A stretch of 32,000 nucleotides of DNA from Candidatus Saccharimonadota bacterium (lineage in GTDB: Bacteria; Patescibacteriota; Gracilibacteria; BD1-5; UBA6164), in contig OZ245922.1 in the NCBI GenBank assembly GCA_965229705.1, positions 974,763 to 1,006,762 on the forward strand, in the 5' to 3' direction. This document shows positions 17,650 through 29,144 of the stretch, piece by piece. A program made the position numbers and the translations under genes. The first letter of the stretch is position 1, and each line of letters opens with the position of its first letter. Under the pieces are notes generated by a model. The model saw only the letters and a list, made by a program, of their open reading frames with translations. It made no database searches and was not told the origin of the DNA.

Positions 17650-19473
17650 ATGTGCTGAATATTTGCCTATGTTGGAAAAAGTGATTGTCGCAGCCTCCTT
17701 TTACATGCTCTCAGAGACCTTGAATATAGAGGCTATGATAGCGCTGGAATGGTCTGTATAAATGAAAATAATAAGATATTTCTCGAAAAAGCAGTATGAA
17801 GAGTCTCAGCTTTAGCACACAATATTGATGCCCGAAAAGCAGATACTACCATATACTCTTGCGGTATCGCTCATACTCGCTGGGCAACACATGGAGGCGT
17901 AACGCGAGAAAATACTCATCCCCATAGTTCTTCCAGAGAGCGTTTTTTTATAGTGCATAATGGAATTATCGAAAATTATAAAGAACTCAAAAAAGAGCTT
18001 GAGTGAGTCTATAGTTTTTCTTCAGATACAGATACAGAAGTGGTTATCAAACTCGTAGAACATCTCTATGATGGAAGTCTTAAATCTACTCTCCAAAAAG
18101 TTGCAAAAAGACTTGTTGGCGCTTATTCTCTGGCAATTATTGATAGAGAAAATCCAAAAGAAATTGTTGCCATGAAGCTCGGGAGTCCTCTAGTTGTAGG
18201 AGTTGCATCTCAGAGCGTCTTTCTCTCAAGCGATATACAAGCTCTTTCACAGCTAACGGATAGATACACGGTTTTAGAAGACCATGAGATTGTCGTGATA
18301 CACTCAGAGAAGTATGACATTTCTATGTTTGGGAAAACAGTAGATCGTGAAGCAGAAAAACTTGAAAGTCACCAAAAAGCAGAAGCACTCTGAAACTTTA
18401 CAACATATACAGAAAAAGAAATCTTTGATATCCCAAGTGTGCTTGAAAATGTATTTTCATGAAGGATTCATTTTGGGAGAAAAGAAATCTGTAATGAAAC
18501 ACTCGAAACACTTTGAGGTATGAATATTGAGAGAATATGTGTGGTTTCTTCAGGTTCGAGTTACTATGCCGGAGATGTAGGAACATATTTTTTTCGAAAA
18601 TTTGCTGGAATTCCAGCGCAAGCAATTATTTCAAGTGAGTTTCTTGCTGATAGCTTTATCCCAGATATGAAGACTCTGTATATATTTCTTTCTCAATCTG
18701 GAGAAACCGCAGATGTGCGAGAATGTATGAAGATCGTTCAAGCGAAGTGATGTATGAGTTTTGGGATTGTAAATGTTGTAGGGTCAAGCATTGCTCGCAT
18801 GGCAGATATTGGTCTCTATTCTCATGCAGGAGTAGAACGATGAGTAGCCAGTACAAAAAATGTCATCGCGCAACTCGCAGTCATGCTGATGATGTCTCTC
18901 AGTCTTGGAGCAAAGCATGATATGCAAATCTCAGAAATTCGTGATATTATTTCAGAGCTTCATACGCTTCCAGATATGATTCACAAGGTATTGAGGCAAA
19001 AAGAATATATTCGCACGCTTGCAGAAAAATATGCAAAATATAATAGTATGTTTGTTCTTGGGAGAAACTATTTTTATCCTGCTGCAGGTGAAGCAGCACT
19101 CAAGTGTAAAGAGCTTTCATATATTCATTGTGAGAGCTACTCTGCAGGAGAGCTCAAACATGGTCCACTCGCTCTTGTAGGAGAAGATTTTCCGGTCATA
19201 GTTTTTAATCCTATGGGGAAGTTTCATCGTAAAACAGTTTCAAATATTCAAGAGATTCTTGCTCGAAAAGCACCGATTCTCGGTTATATTTCTCACAATG
19301 ATAGCCACAAAGAGCTCTACACTGACACTATAGAACTTCCCGAGAGTTCTGAACTTATCTCGCTTTTTACCTGACTCACAGCAAGTTATCTCTTTGCTTT
19401 GTATACGGCAGAATTTCTAGGAAGAGATATTGATAAGCCGAGAAATCTTGCAAAAAGTGTGACGGTAGAGTAA
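17650..19473 (+). CDS. glmS: Glutamine--fructose-6-phosphate aminotransferase (isomerising), 607 aa
   Basis: It starts ATG-TGC-TGA-ATA, which is the universal N-terminus MC[G]I with the catalytic Cys2. ORFs 18040.., 18520.. and 18883.. all share this frame. Motifs include [17 protein letters not shown] and the C-terminal ...[13 protein letters not shown]. Confidence 0.97.
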
Positions 19474-19480
19474 ATATTTT

Positions 19481-19515
19481 AACCCCGGGGCATAACACCC
19501 CGGGGTTGTTTTTTT
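19481..19515 (+). terminator. Rho-independent terminator after glmS
   Basis: AACCCCGGGG (19481-19490), loop CATAACA, CCCCGGGGTT (19498-19507), then GTTTTTTT. The core is the same as the terminator at 7675. Confidence 0.85.
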
Positions 19516-19559
19516 GAGACTTCGAGCAAGGAGAGAAAAAAGAAGTTTTTCAGAGCTTT

Positions 19560-20711
19560 TTAATATATCACATTCTTGTGTCACATCTTTCTTCCAGCTT
19601 TCGCTTCTCATTTTCCATAACTTGTCACTACTTCGTTTTCTACAAAGTATGTTCCAAATCGACACCAGTCTACCTCATCCATCTCAGCAATATCATTTCC
19701 AATCATATTGGTCATTTTTCCTACATGTAGATTTCGTATATATCATGGCATAGGCTCATCGAGCATTGCCATAATCTGTAAATCAAACTGACTTATAGGG
19801 TGAGTATCTTGAGTGATGTGACCACTATTGTGTGCTCGCGCGGCAATCTCATTGGCTCGAAAACTCCCATCTTTTAGCAGAAACATCTCCATACACATGA
19901 TTCACTCAAGCCCGAGTCACTCTGCAACTTTTTTGGTAAATGCTATCATGTTTTCACATACTTCTTGGTCTACTCATATGTTACCGGTCTGAGTTGTTCG
20001 CAGGATTCATCATTCATGATGATTGAGAAAGGGATCATACCACGCAAACTCTCACCGAGAATTTCGTCCTACTATGACTGAAAGTTCTTTGGTAAATGGA
20101 ACATTTTGTTCATATACGAGTTTTGGGATATTTCGCATCTTCTCCATTTCACAAAAGGCATTTTCGAGATCAGATTCTTGCGTGATGGCCCACTGACCTT
20201 TTCCATCATATCATCACTCACAGGTTTTGAGTCGTCATGCTCAAAGACTGCTAAATGCTTGCAATGCTGCATCAAGACTTGAAACCTCTTCATACGCAGC
20301 AGTAATAGTCTCTCCATGTATACTGTTAATTGCAGCTTTTTCTCGACCTCTATGTTGTGTTGTTTCGAGTACCTCCCATCCTGGCTTAAGATAGAGAGCA
20401 TTATTTTCAAGATATTTGAGAGCATTGAGAGGAGCATTTTCCCAGTCAAATGCTACTGGTGCTCAACGCGAGAGAGCATAGACAAAACTATCAAGTCATT
20501 GCCGATTGAGATATTTTTCTGCCACTGTGTCTCCACCAGAAGAAATAATAGAGGTACCCGGCTGATTGTTTTTGTTTCACTCAAGGATTACTTGCGCTGC
20601 TGACGATGTAGCACTTGTTCCGAGTACTACAGGGTGAAGTCATCTTGCTTGAGCACTTTGACATCACATCGCAGCAAGTTGTCAGTCACAGATATATCCA
20701 ATATATCCATT
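19560..20711 (-). CDS. purK: N5-carboxyaminoimidazole ribonucleotide synthase (ATP-grasp); 5' boundary unresolved
   Basis: The minus-strand frame ends at TAA (19560-19562) and carries roughly 19 in-frame TGAs. It reads IGYICD[G]QLAAM (GGGQLG-type loop), [GG]YDGKGQW with both Gly as TGA, AARAHNSGH and GRKM[G]H. There is no in-frame ATG/GTG/TTG upstream of the glycine loop. The nearest ATG (20710) is out of frame. Confidence 0.8.
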
Positions 20712-20931
20712 TGTATTATTTTCTATACTACTATAATAAACTTATAAATTATACCTTAGCAATGTACTTTTTTAATAAGTATTGTCAAAAAAATTTGCAA
20801 AAAATAAAAAAACGTATATATAGAGATGTATGAATATATATAGCATTATAAAAACAACGAAAAAACTTGAGGCATATCTCCCCAAGGTTTTTGTTGTATA
20901 GTGTTAGAAATATTCACATATCAACATAGAG

Positions 20932-20956
20932 TCTCAGGGGAACCTGAGATTTTTTT
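20932..20956 (+). terminator. Orphan terminator-like hairpin in the lysC leader (candidate attenuator or riboswitch expression platform)
   Basis: TCTCAGG-ggaa-CCTGAGA followed by TTTTTTT ends 21 nt before the lysC ATG. No plus-strand gene ends upstream of it; purK is divergent. Confidence 0.5.
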
Positions 20957-20977
20957 ATTATTTTACTATAGATCAAC

Positions 20978-22504
20978 ATGCAATATATTACCGTTAAAAA
21001 GCTCTGAGGAGAAAATGCTGCGCAGATAGCAAGCAGTATAGAGAATATTCTCACAGATCACAGAGATCAAGTTTTACAGATCATCGTTGTATCAGCAATG
21101 AGATCTTCAGAGTATAATACAACTGATATACTCATACAACTCTGAGAAATGCTTGCTGCCTGAGAAGATTTTCAAAAAATACAGGAAGTATTATGGAGTA
21201 TACAGGAGTTTCATAGAGGAGTACTACAAAAGAATTTTACATGAAATGCATATAAGCACCTTCTTTCATTTTTAGAAAAAGCGTGCGTGAAACTCAAAGA
21301 AGATGTTACTTTCTTTTATTCTCTTACGCAAGATACGCGAAAAACATGTTTATGAGATAACGACTATATGATACGTACAAAGACGGGAGAGGGATATTCA
21401 CTCATATGATTTTGAGAAGTACTCTCGAGTAAAATATTTTCTTTGGCTCTTTGTCTTTCAGATGAAGATGTTCTTTGATCTGAAGCTATAGATCTTTCAC
21501 ATCTCGTAGTGAACCAAGAACTTTCGTGAAAAAATCAGGGAGAAGTATTTCTCCATATATCTGATAAAATATATCAGACAGTACAAGAGACACTTTCTCA
21601 TGAGAAAGTTTTGGTATTGCCATGATATATTTGAGAGTTTGAGGAAGGGATTGATACGGTTCTTGGTCGATGATATACAGACGCAACAGCAGCTATGCTC
21701 TCAGTATGACTGCAAAATCATTGATATACAGCAACCCTTGAGATTCAAAAGTCTGTCAGAGGAATATTGAGCGCTGATCCACGAGTTCTCGAGAGACCTG
21801 AAGATGCGGTTATTCTTTCACATATAGACTATACCACTGCAAGAGAAATTACATGAGACAGTTGAGCTCATGCGAAACTTCTTCATTCACAGGCGCTTCG
21901 TTCAGAACTCCAAGATGCTTGAGTCAATATTCATATAGTTGATCCTTTTTCTGATGAGCAGGGAAGTTGGGTGATGCCAAAAGTTTCAGACGAAGTTTTG
22001 AGAAAGACTCCTGTGTTTATAGGAGGAAGAAAAGACATCACTTTTTTTTCTATTAGCTCTGGAAAGATGTTTGAGCGAGGAGTATTGTCAGGTATTTTTG
22101 ATATTGTAAGAAATTATTATACTGTTGATATTGTCTCCACTTCGGAAACGGAGGTGACGTTCACTATTGATCAAAATCAATGAATAGAAAATAAGAGTTT
22201 TTTTCAGATGCTCAAACAGCTGAGAAACAGACTCTCGATACCAGAAAATTCTCAAGGAGAGTTTATAGAATATGAGAAGAATAAAGCGTTGATATTTTGT
22301 ATAGGATCTTCTCTTCGAGATAGAGTATGAGTTTTAGCTCAGGCAACATCAGCACTCTCACAGCAGTGAGTGAATATAGAACTTGCTTCTCAATGAAGAC
22401 TGCAACGAGCAATGGTATTTGGTATAGACTCAAGAGATATGCAAAAAGCGGTAAATACTCTCCATGATATTTTTGTTTGTGAAAATTGAGTTTTTGAAAA
22501 ATAG
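20978..22504 (+). CDS. lysC: Aspartate kinase with C-terminal ACT domains, 508 aa
   Basis: ATG 20978. The frame joins ORF 21971..22183 and neighbouring fragments through many TGAs. Motifs are VKKL[G]GE (KFGG-type), VLGR[G]YTDATAA (GRGGSD-type) and KSVRGILSADPRV (DVdGv.taDPR). The C-terminal repeats look like ACT domains. Confidence 0.85.
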
Positions 22505-22566
22505 ACAAATATTACTATTATAGAGTGTAGCTGTAATGATATTTGATTCGTATTAAGGTAATAGCT

Positions 22567-23040
22567 ATGAAGAAAAAAATATTTGATATTCTCGACTCTT
22601 TAGAGATAGACTATACCAATTATGAGCATGATGCCGTATTTACTTGTGATGAGGCAAAATGAGTAGATATTCCCTGAAAGAGAGTGAAGTCACTACTTCT
22701 GAGAAACAAAAAGGCAACAAACTACTATATGATAGTATTGCCCGACTATAAAAAACTTGATATAAATAGTATTCGAGCAATATTTGATGAGTCGAAAATG
22801 AGCTTTGCCAGTGAAGAAGCCATGATGAATAAGATAGGACTCAAGCCTTGAAATGTGAGTCCTTTTGCTCTGATACATAATGAACAGAGAGATATTCCAG
22901 TGGTGTTTGATGTATCACTCAAGTGACGACTTATTGGCTTTCATCCTCTACAAAATGATAATACGATTGTATTAGAAATGAAAGATGTTGAGCATTTTTT
23001 AGAAAATATTTGCGTGAAATATATCTATACAGAACTATAA
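22567..23040 (+). CDS. YbaK/ProX-type aminoacyl-tRNA trans-editing deacylase, 157 aa
   Basis: The frame ATG 22567 to TAA 23038-23040 has four TGAs. It reads ...KSLLLRNKKATNYYMIVLPDYKKLD...IGLKP[G]NVSPFAL...[G]RLIGFHPLQNDNT, which fits the YbaK/EbsC/ProX fold signature (G-x-V-S/T-P-F). Confidence 0.65.
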
Positions 23041-23047
23041 AATACAT

Positions 23048-24337
23048 ATGAAAAAGAAACTATACTGGATTTTGTGTTCTCTTCTCAAGATAGCAGCAAA
23101 AACCTATCTCTGGAGAACGCAGGTGTATGTAATAGGGATTACAGGAAGTGTTGGAAAAACAAGTTGTCGCATGATAGTTACTCAGGTACTCCAGCAAGTT
23201 GGAAAAGATACGGTTTTTTATACTTCACCACAGAACTTCAATTCTGAGCTGGGACTTATTTTTTCTATTTTTCAAATAGAACACTATCAGCCAGGATATA
23301 AAAATCTCTTGACTATTAGTGCTTATATTTTGAGAAAGGCATTATTTTCGAGAAAACATTATGACGTCTTAATCGCTGAGTATGGAATAGATAGTCCAGG
23401 AGATATGGATTTTCTTCTCTCAGTTATGAGACCTCATATAGGAGTTTTGACGAAACTTGATCGTGTACATTCTGTCAATTTTCCATGAGGAACCACAGAG
23501 TATTGGCAGGATAAAATGAAACTCCTCATAGCAAGTTCGGAGTATGTATTTTATAATGCTGAAGATACATATATACATGAAAAACAAGAGTATATCACTG
23601 TCCCAAAGAAAGATATTTCTCAAGGGGGGATACAAAAGGGTGTAGAAATATATGAGGATCGTATACAGCAAAGATTTCTGTATGACTCTTATGATATCTC
23701 GATAAATCTTATCTGAGATGAAAACAGGAACTATACAGTGCTTGCTTTTGATATTGCGAAGATACTAGGTATTTCTCTGAAAGTAGGAAAATACCATTTT
23801 GAATACACTTTACAGCCATGAAGATTTTCGCTTTTTACAAAAAATGAAAATATATTTATTGACTCAAGTTACAATGCGAGTCCTGAAAGTATGAAAAATA
23901 CCATAGATAACACTCGTACTCTTCATAAGCACTTGTATCCAAAACATAAGATTCTCTATGTTCTTGGGGATATACGTGAGATAGGAGAGGTGTCTTCAAG
24001 TGTTCATAAGTCTCTGGCAAAGCTCTTGTATGAAAGTGAGCTTGTTTGTACGGTTGGGCCAGAAATGTATACATATCTTGTGTGAGCACTGCACTGAGAG
24101 AATTATCAGTGACAGATATATAGTTCTCTTTCTTCAAGAGAAGTGTGAAAATATATAAAGAAATATCTCAGAGAAAATCAGCAGGAAAAATACATCGTTC
24201 TTTTTAAAGGATCTCAAAACACTATTTTTATAGAAGAGGCTTTAGCCTTGCAGTTATCTCACAGGCAGAGAAAAAATCTCCCGAGGCAATCTGAGAATTG
24301 GCAGCAAAAAAAAGAAGCGTTTTTTCAGAGTTTATAA
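23048..24337 (+). CDS. murF: Mur ligase family protein, most like UDP-MurNAc-pentapeptide synthetase, 429 aa
   Basis: ORFs 23048.., 23516.. and 23891.. are in one frame through TGAs. The P-loop is VIGITGSVGKTS. The MurF-like motif FIDSSYNASPESM is present, followed by the C-terminal domain VLGDIREIG. Confidence 0.7.
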
Positions 24338-24521
24338 ATCTCATTTAGCAAAGGCTATGTAGTTATCTGGATTTATGGTGATAAGAGTTGTATTTTTGTA
24401 TCATATATATGATATTAGCGACTAATTTTGATATAAATATGGATGATTAACCAACCAATTTTTATATGTTTTTAGTTGGTTTACAAAGTTTTTTCAGTGC
24501 TATACGCGTAAAGAGTCCACT

Positions 24522-24713
24522 TTATCGAAAAATCTTATAGTTTCAAAATTTGACATAGTTTTCTTCATGTGATTTTTTTCATCAAGTACCTGATCAAAAA
24601 AGCATAAAAATACCAATAATCACGCAGGCTCAACCTATGATATATGCAATAAAGTCGGGAAATACAATATTGGTTATCCCAAAAAGAATGAGAAAAATAG
24701 CTGTTTTGTTCAT
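24522..24713 (-). CDS. Small two-TM membrane protein, 63 aa (hypothetical)
   Basis: It reads MNKTAIFLILFGITNIVFPDFIAYIIG[G]ACVIIGIFMLF[G]SGT[GG]KK... It starts 33 nt downstream of the murA stop on the same strand. This is a weak call based on hydrophobicity. Confidence 0.35.
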
Positions 24714-24746
24714 AGTCATATAAGTAAATATGTAAAGAGATGAGAG

Positions 24747-26000
24747 TTATATTTCTTCTATGTCTACACCGAGACTTTGAAGCTTTTCCAAGAGATTATC
24801 ATACCCCCTTTTAATCCAGTAAATGTTCTCCACAAGTGTCTCCCCCTCAGCAATTATACCAGCCAAAACCATAGCTGCTCATGATCGCAGATCCCAACTA
24901 TTGACCCGAGATCAATGTAGGCGAGATTTTCCTTGTATTTTTGCTTCATGAGGATTGATAATGCGAGGAGTATTTCCTAACCTTTCATATTCTACCAGCC
25001 AGTTGAGGCGTCATTCATAGAGTATTTCATGAATACGACTCTCTCACTCACACTGCGTTAAAAGAACAGTAAAAAGAGGCATCAAGTCAGTTGGAAACCC
25101 AGGAAAGATATTTGTTTGAAGATTGACAGCCCGAAAGTGATCACTTCTATAGACTCTCAAGGTATCATTTCAGAGATCTTCTGTCTTTCCACCTGCCTCA
25201 TGCAACTTGTAGAGAAAGGCAGATAAGTCAGCTATCCGAGCATTATGAATATCAATATAGTCTTTACTTGCAAGTGTCCCAAGAATGATAAAGGTTCAAG
25301 ACTGGAGATAGTCCGAGATAACCCGATGTTGAATATTTTTTTGCAATGAAACTCATCCATGTACGATAATTGTATGATCATAGCGAATATCTATGGGGAC
25401 TCAGAGCTTTCGGAGAAAATCTATGAGGTTAAATATATGAGGTTCAAAAGCGCAAAGCTCAATACGCGTTATCGCTTTTCGAGAGACAGCTCACAGTATC
25501 AGATTTGCTGTAGCAGTAACAGCAAAGTAGGCATGAGTAGTAACATCTTTTTGTCATCCATCTCCAGAGAACTTGAGTATGCCTTCATCTTCATAAAACT
25601 CATACCCCATATCTGTGTATCCATGAATATGCTCATCTATTGGTCGTTTTCCTATCTTGTCACCTGCAGGAAAGGGAATATGGGCTTTTCAGAATCTTGT
25701 AAGTAGTCAAGCAATACAATATATTCATGCTCTCGTTCGTGCGAGCTGAGAAGTGTTTATGCGCTCTTCTTTGATATCAGAACAATCAATCTCAAGTGTA
25801 TTTCCCCGAAAAGTTACTGGTGCTCAAATACTTTCATAAAAATGAATAAAATCATGCACATCATGAATATCAGGAACATTTTCAAATATACTTTTTCCGC
25901 ATACAAGCATAGCGCTCGAAATCAGAGGAAGCGCTGCATTTTTACTTCCAGCAATATTTATAGATCATTGTATGTACTTTCCACCACGAATACGATACAT
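24747..26000 (-). CDS. murA: UDP-N-acetylglucosamine 1-carboxyvinyltransferase, 417 aa
   Basis: The minus strand runs from ATG 26000 to TAA 24747-24749 with about 15 in-frame TGAs. It reads MYRIRGGKYIQ[G]SINIAGSKNAALPLISSAML, FPAGDKIGKRPIDEH, FPGFPTDLMPLFTVLLTQ, DLRS[G]AAMVLAGIIAEGET and IKRGYDNLLEKLQSLG, colinear with MurA throughout. Confidence 0.93.
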
Positions 26001-26106
26001 AGAAAAAGATGGTAATTGAAGATATAAACATTTTCTATTTTTTGATACTTCTTTAGTATATCGGACTTAAAAAAATAATAAAGAAAAAGGGAGAAAAGTT
26101 TTTTCT

Positions 26107-26135
26107 TTGACAAAGATACTCAGTGAGGATATTAT
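26107..26135 (+). promoter_or_regulatory. Candidate sigma70 promoter for the 639-aa gene
   Basis: TTGACA (26107-26112), a 17-nt spacer, then TATTAT (26130-26135), about 108 nt upstream of ATG 26243. Confidence 0.45.
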
Positions 26136-26242
26136 TTTTTTACTGTGTAAAATCTGAGTAATACAAGAGTCGTTTTTTCTCTAATAAATGTACACAAACC
26201 CAGCACTACTGTAAAAAATTATTCAAAAAAGTATAGATATAT

Positions 26243-28162
26243 ATGTTTCAAAGTGATATCCGCAAGCATGTGCTTGCCTCAGACTCATCAAAACTCAAGA
26301 TGAGTGTTATGCCTCTGAGCGATGACGTGGAGGCAATCATCATGATTTCCTGTGAAGATGAAAATAAAACGGTTCTTTTATATCATCGTATACTTGATGC
26401 ACTTCTCGATCATATAGATACGCAGAATGTGTATAAGAACTTTTCTCTCGCGCTTGAACATGTAAATGCCTTGCTTACATCGTGGAGAGACGGAGATGGA
26501 AATATCTCATGACTTACAGCTATTATTGCTGTTTATGCTCAAGATACACTCTATTTTTCTCCTTTTTGACCATCATTTTTGTCTCTATACAATTCTTGAA
26601 AACAGCTTGTTGAGATCACAGAAAAGCATCAGAGCATGAGAGAGTTTCATTATATTTCCAGTGGAAAGATCATTCCGTGAGAGACTCTTATTTTTTCGAC
26701 AACTCGTCTTTTAGATACGCTTTCGGAAGATGATGTGATAGATGTTTTATGTAGTAGTAATGTTCATACAATAGGAAAAGATTTGCTCACAATGGTATCT
26801 CGTGAATATTATAATGAGAGTGTTGGTGTCATCGTTATCAAAAAAGAAGATCCCTTATACACTTCTTCAGTGCAGACAAATGTTTCTTCCCTCGTAAAAG
26901 ATTATGCTCTTAAAGCTTGCGATAATTTTCTCGTAAAAAAATGACTTTCATATATATATCAGATTCAGGATATCATGGCTGCTCAGTGAAAGGTAACGCT
27001 GCAGATAGTATTTTGAACAACTTTTTGTATTACGCTATATATTGTATATCTGATACTTTCTTCGTTTTTGACTCTTGATGCATCACAAAAAGATTTACAG
27101 GCACATAAGGAATTGTTATTCTCAGCTCAAAACAGCATTATTACTGCAAGCGAGAGCTTGCATAACTCAGATATTTTTGCTCTAGAGATAGAAAAAGCGG
27201 AAAAAAATCTTGATATACTTCAATCAAAAAACCTCTTCACAAGCGATAGTACAAAACTCAGAGAAGAAATATATATACTGCAAAAACAGTTTAATGGGGT
27301 AGAGATATTTTTTCCTAAAGAATCATCATATATTATGTCTTTTACCTCAAGAAAAGATGTGGTAAAAGTACTCGGACTCGAAAATAAAATATATCTTGTC
27401 ACAAAAAAGTCAGTGATAGGTCCGGTTTTTTCATGACAAACTCCTCAAGAACGCGTCTTTAATAAGCTTACGGCAAATGATGTTTTTCAGGATGCAACAT
27501 CTCAGGAAGGTGATATCATCTTGATAACACAAGAGTGAAAACTCGTACGTTACGCTGACGCAAAGTATTTTTCTTATATAGATATTACAGGAGATACTCT
27601 CTGGCAAAAATCAAATATTCTTACAGCCTATGGCTCAAATATTTATCTTACTTCAGAAGATGAGAGACAAATACTAGTACATAAAAGAAGACTTGGGGCT
27701 TATGGTGAAGCAGTAGAGTACCTCAAAGACGCTGATAGTCTGAGTTTGTGAAAGATTCTTTCTCTCGCAATAGATGGATGAATATATATCCTAAAACATG
27801 ATGGATCTTTGTTGAAGTTTTTTCGTGTTCCCGGCTATAGGCTCGAATCTTTGAGTCTGAATAATCTTCCAGAAAACTATAACTTTGATAAAATTGATGT
27901 CGAAAAACTTCCTTCTGTCAGAGCGAGAATTGATCTTGCATATGTATATATGCTTCTGGATCACCGTATATATGTTTTCCAGCCAAACTCGAAAAGGTAT
28001 CAGGATACAAAATCTTTGAAGTATATAGGTCAGATAGAACGCTCAGATATAGAAATACAAGATTTTTATGTAGAAGACGATGGAGAACTTGTTGTTGCAA
28101 GTGATGATGGAGTGTATCGGCTCAGTTTTGAAATAGAGGAGGATCGACTATTTTTAAGATAG
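26243..28162 (+). CDS. Hypothetical 639-aa protein: degenerate PP2C/SpoIIE-like N-terminal domain, one TM helix, repeat-rich (beta-propeller-like) C-terminal domain
   Basis: ORFs 26243.., 26735.., 27068.. and 27809.. are in a single frame with only TGAs between them. The N-terminal domain reads [G]LTAIIAVYAQDTLYFSPF[G]PSFLSLYNS[G]KQLVEIT...ETLIFSTTRLLDTL...NESVGVIVIKK. This follows the PPM fold pattern, but the metal-binding Asp positions are replaced (GDS to GPS, SDG to TTR, DN to NE). The TM segment is TTFCITLYIVYLILSSFL. The C-terminal domain has recurrent blocks such as IYLVTKKSVIG, GDIILITQE[G]KLVRY, [G]IYILKHDGSLLKF, RIYVFQPNSKRY and GELVVASDDGVYRL. Confidence 0.6.
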
Positions 28163-28225
28163 TTACTATTTCCTACTCTTAGGGAAGTATGGAAAATAAT
28201 AAATACGGAGTTTTTCTACATTTCT

Positions 28226-28996
28226 TTAGGTTCGAAATGTATTTTTTTCTATAAAATCGTCTACCTCTTTTTGGAGTTCAGGGGAGATTATTTCGTTACT
28301 TGAAATAATATTTACATCCTCATCTTTTTCAAAAGCCTCTCGCATTTTAGTAATCTTGAGAGCCTTATCAAAATCTATGACTTCTACTTCATTATCAGCT
28401 ATATAATCAAGTTTTGATTCATAGAGTTCTACTGAATGTTGCTGGAAAAAATTTTCCACAGATATACAGTCTTCAATCTCTGTGATAATCTTTATGTATC
28501 ACGCTTCTTTCCCAATATCTAAAACGTCAGTTTCTATAGCAAGCTCTTCGATATAATCATAGGTATGTTTTTGAGGATCAATAAAGATCACTCATTTTTT
28601 GTGAAACATCCATGAGACACTTCAAGTCTCTCACATATTTCCTCCGTATTTTGAAAAAATACTTCGTATATGAGAAACAGTACGATTTTTGTTATCGGTC
28701 AGTGTTGAAATGATAAATGCAACGCCACCAGGAGCATAGCCTTCGTAGCATATTTCTGATATTTGCGAGGCATCGGTATCTTCTCAGCTTCATTTTTTTA
28801 TGGCTCTTTCGATCGTATCATTGGGAACACCATTTTTTTTTGCTTTGGTTATGAGACTTGCAAGTGATGGATTATCTTCTGGTTTTCATCATTCCATTGC
28901 TGCAAGAGCAATGAGCTTTGCATGCATGGAAAATACTTTTCCCTTAGCAGCATTTACGGCATCTTTTCGTGCCTGAACTACAGGACCTCTTCACAT
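28226..28996 (-). CDS. yebC: YebC/PmpR-family transcriptional regulator, 256 aa
   Basis: ORF 28226..28459(-) extends upstream through TGAs to ATG 28996. It reads [48 protein letters not shown][G]S[G][40 protein letters not shown], colinear with YebC. The N-terminus is slightly shorter than usual. Confidence 0.85.
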
Positions 28997-29076
28997 GAGA
29001 AAATAGTAATTGATAAACAAAAAGATACTAGCATTTTTCTGCTCTGTGTAAAGTGAGAAAAATAAATAAAAAACTT

Positions 29077-29104
29077 TTGCAAGAAATATGTTTTTGTATA
29101 TAGT
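29077..29104 (+). promoter_or_regulatory. Candidate promoter for rplY
   Basis: TTGCAA (29077-29082), a 16-nt spacer, then TATAGT (29099-29104), 41 nt upstream of the ATG. Confidence 0.35.
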
Positions 29105-29144
29105 TTCACGGCTTTAAAATACGTATTATTTTTTTAGATATATT

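Noticed and set aside
20072-20449. A 125-aa minus-strand ORF is listed in the track inside the purK region.
   Set aside because: It is out of frame with the purK reading frame that carries all ATP-grasp motifs. It is an alternative-frame artefact that is open only because of the AT-rich sequence.
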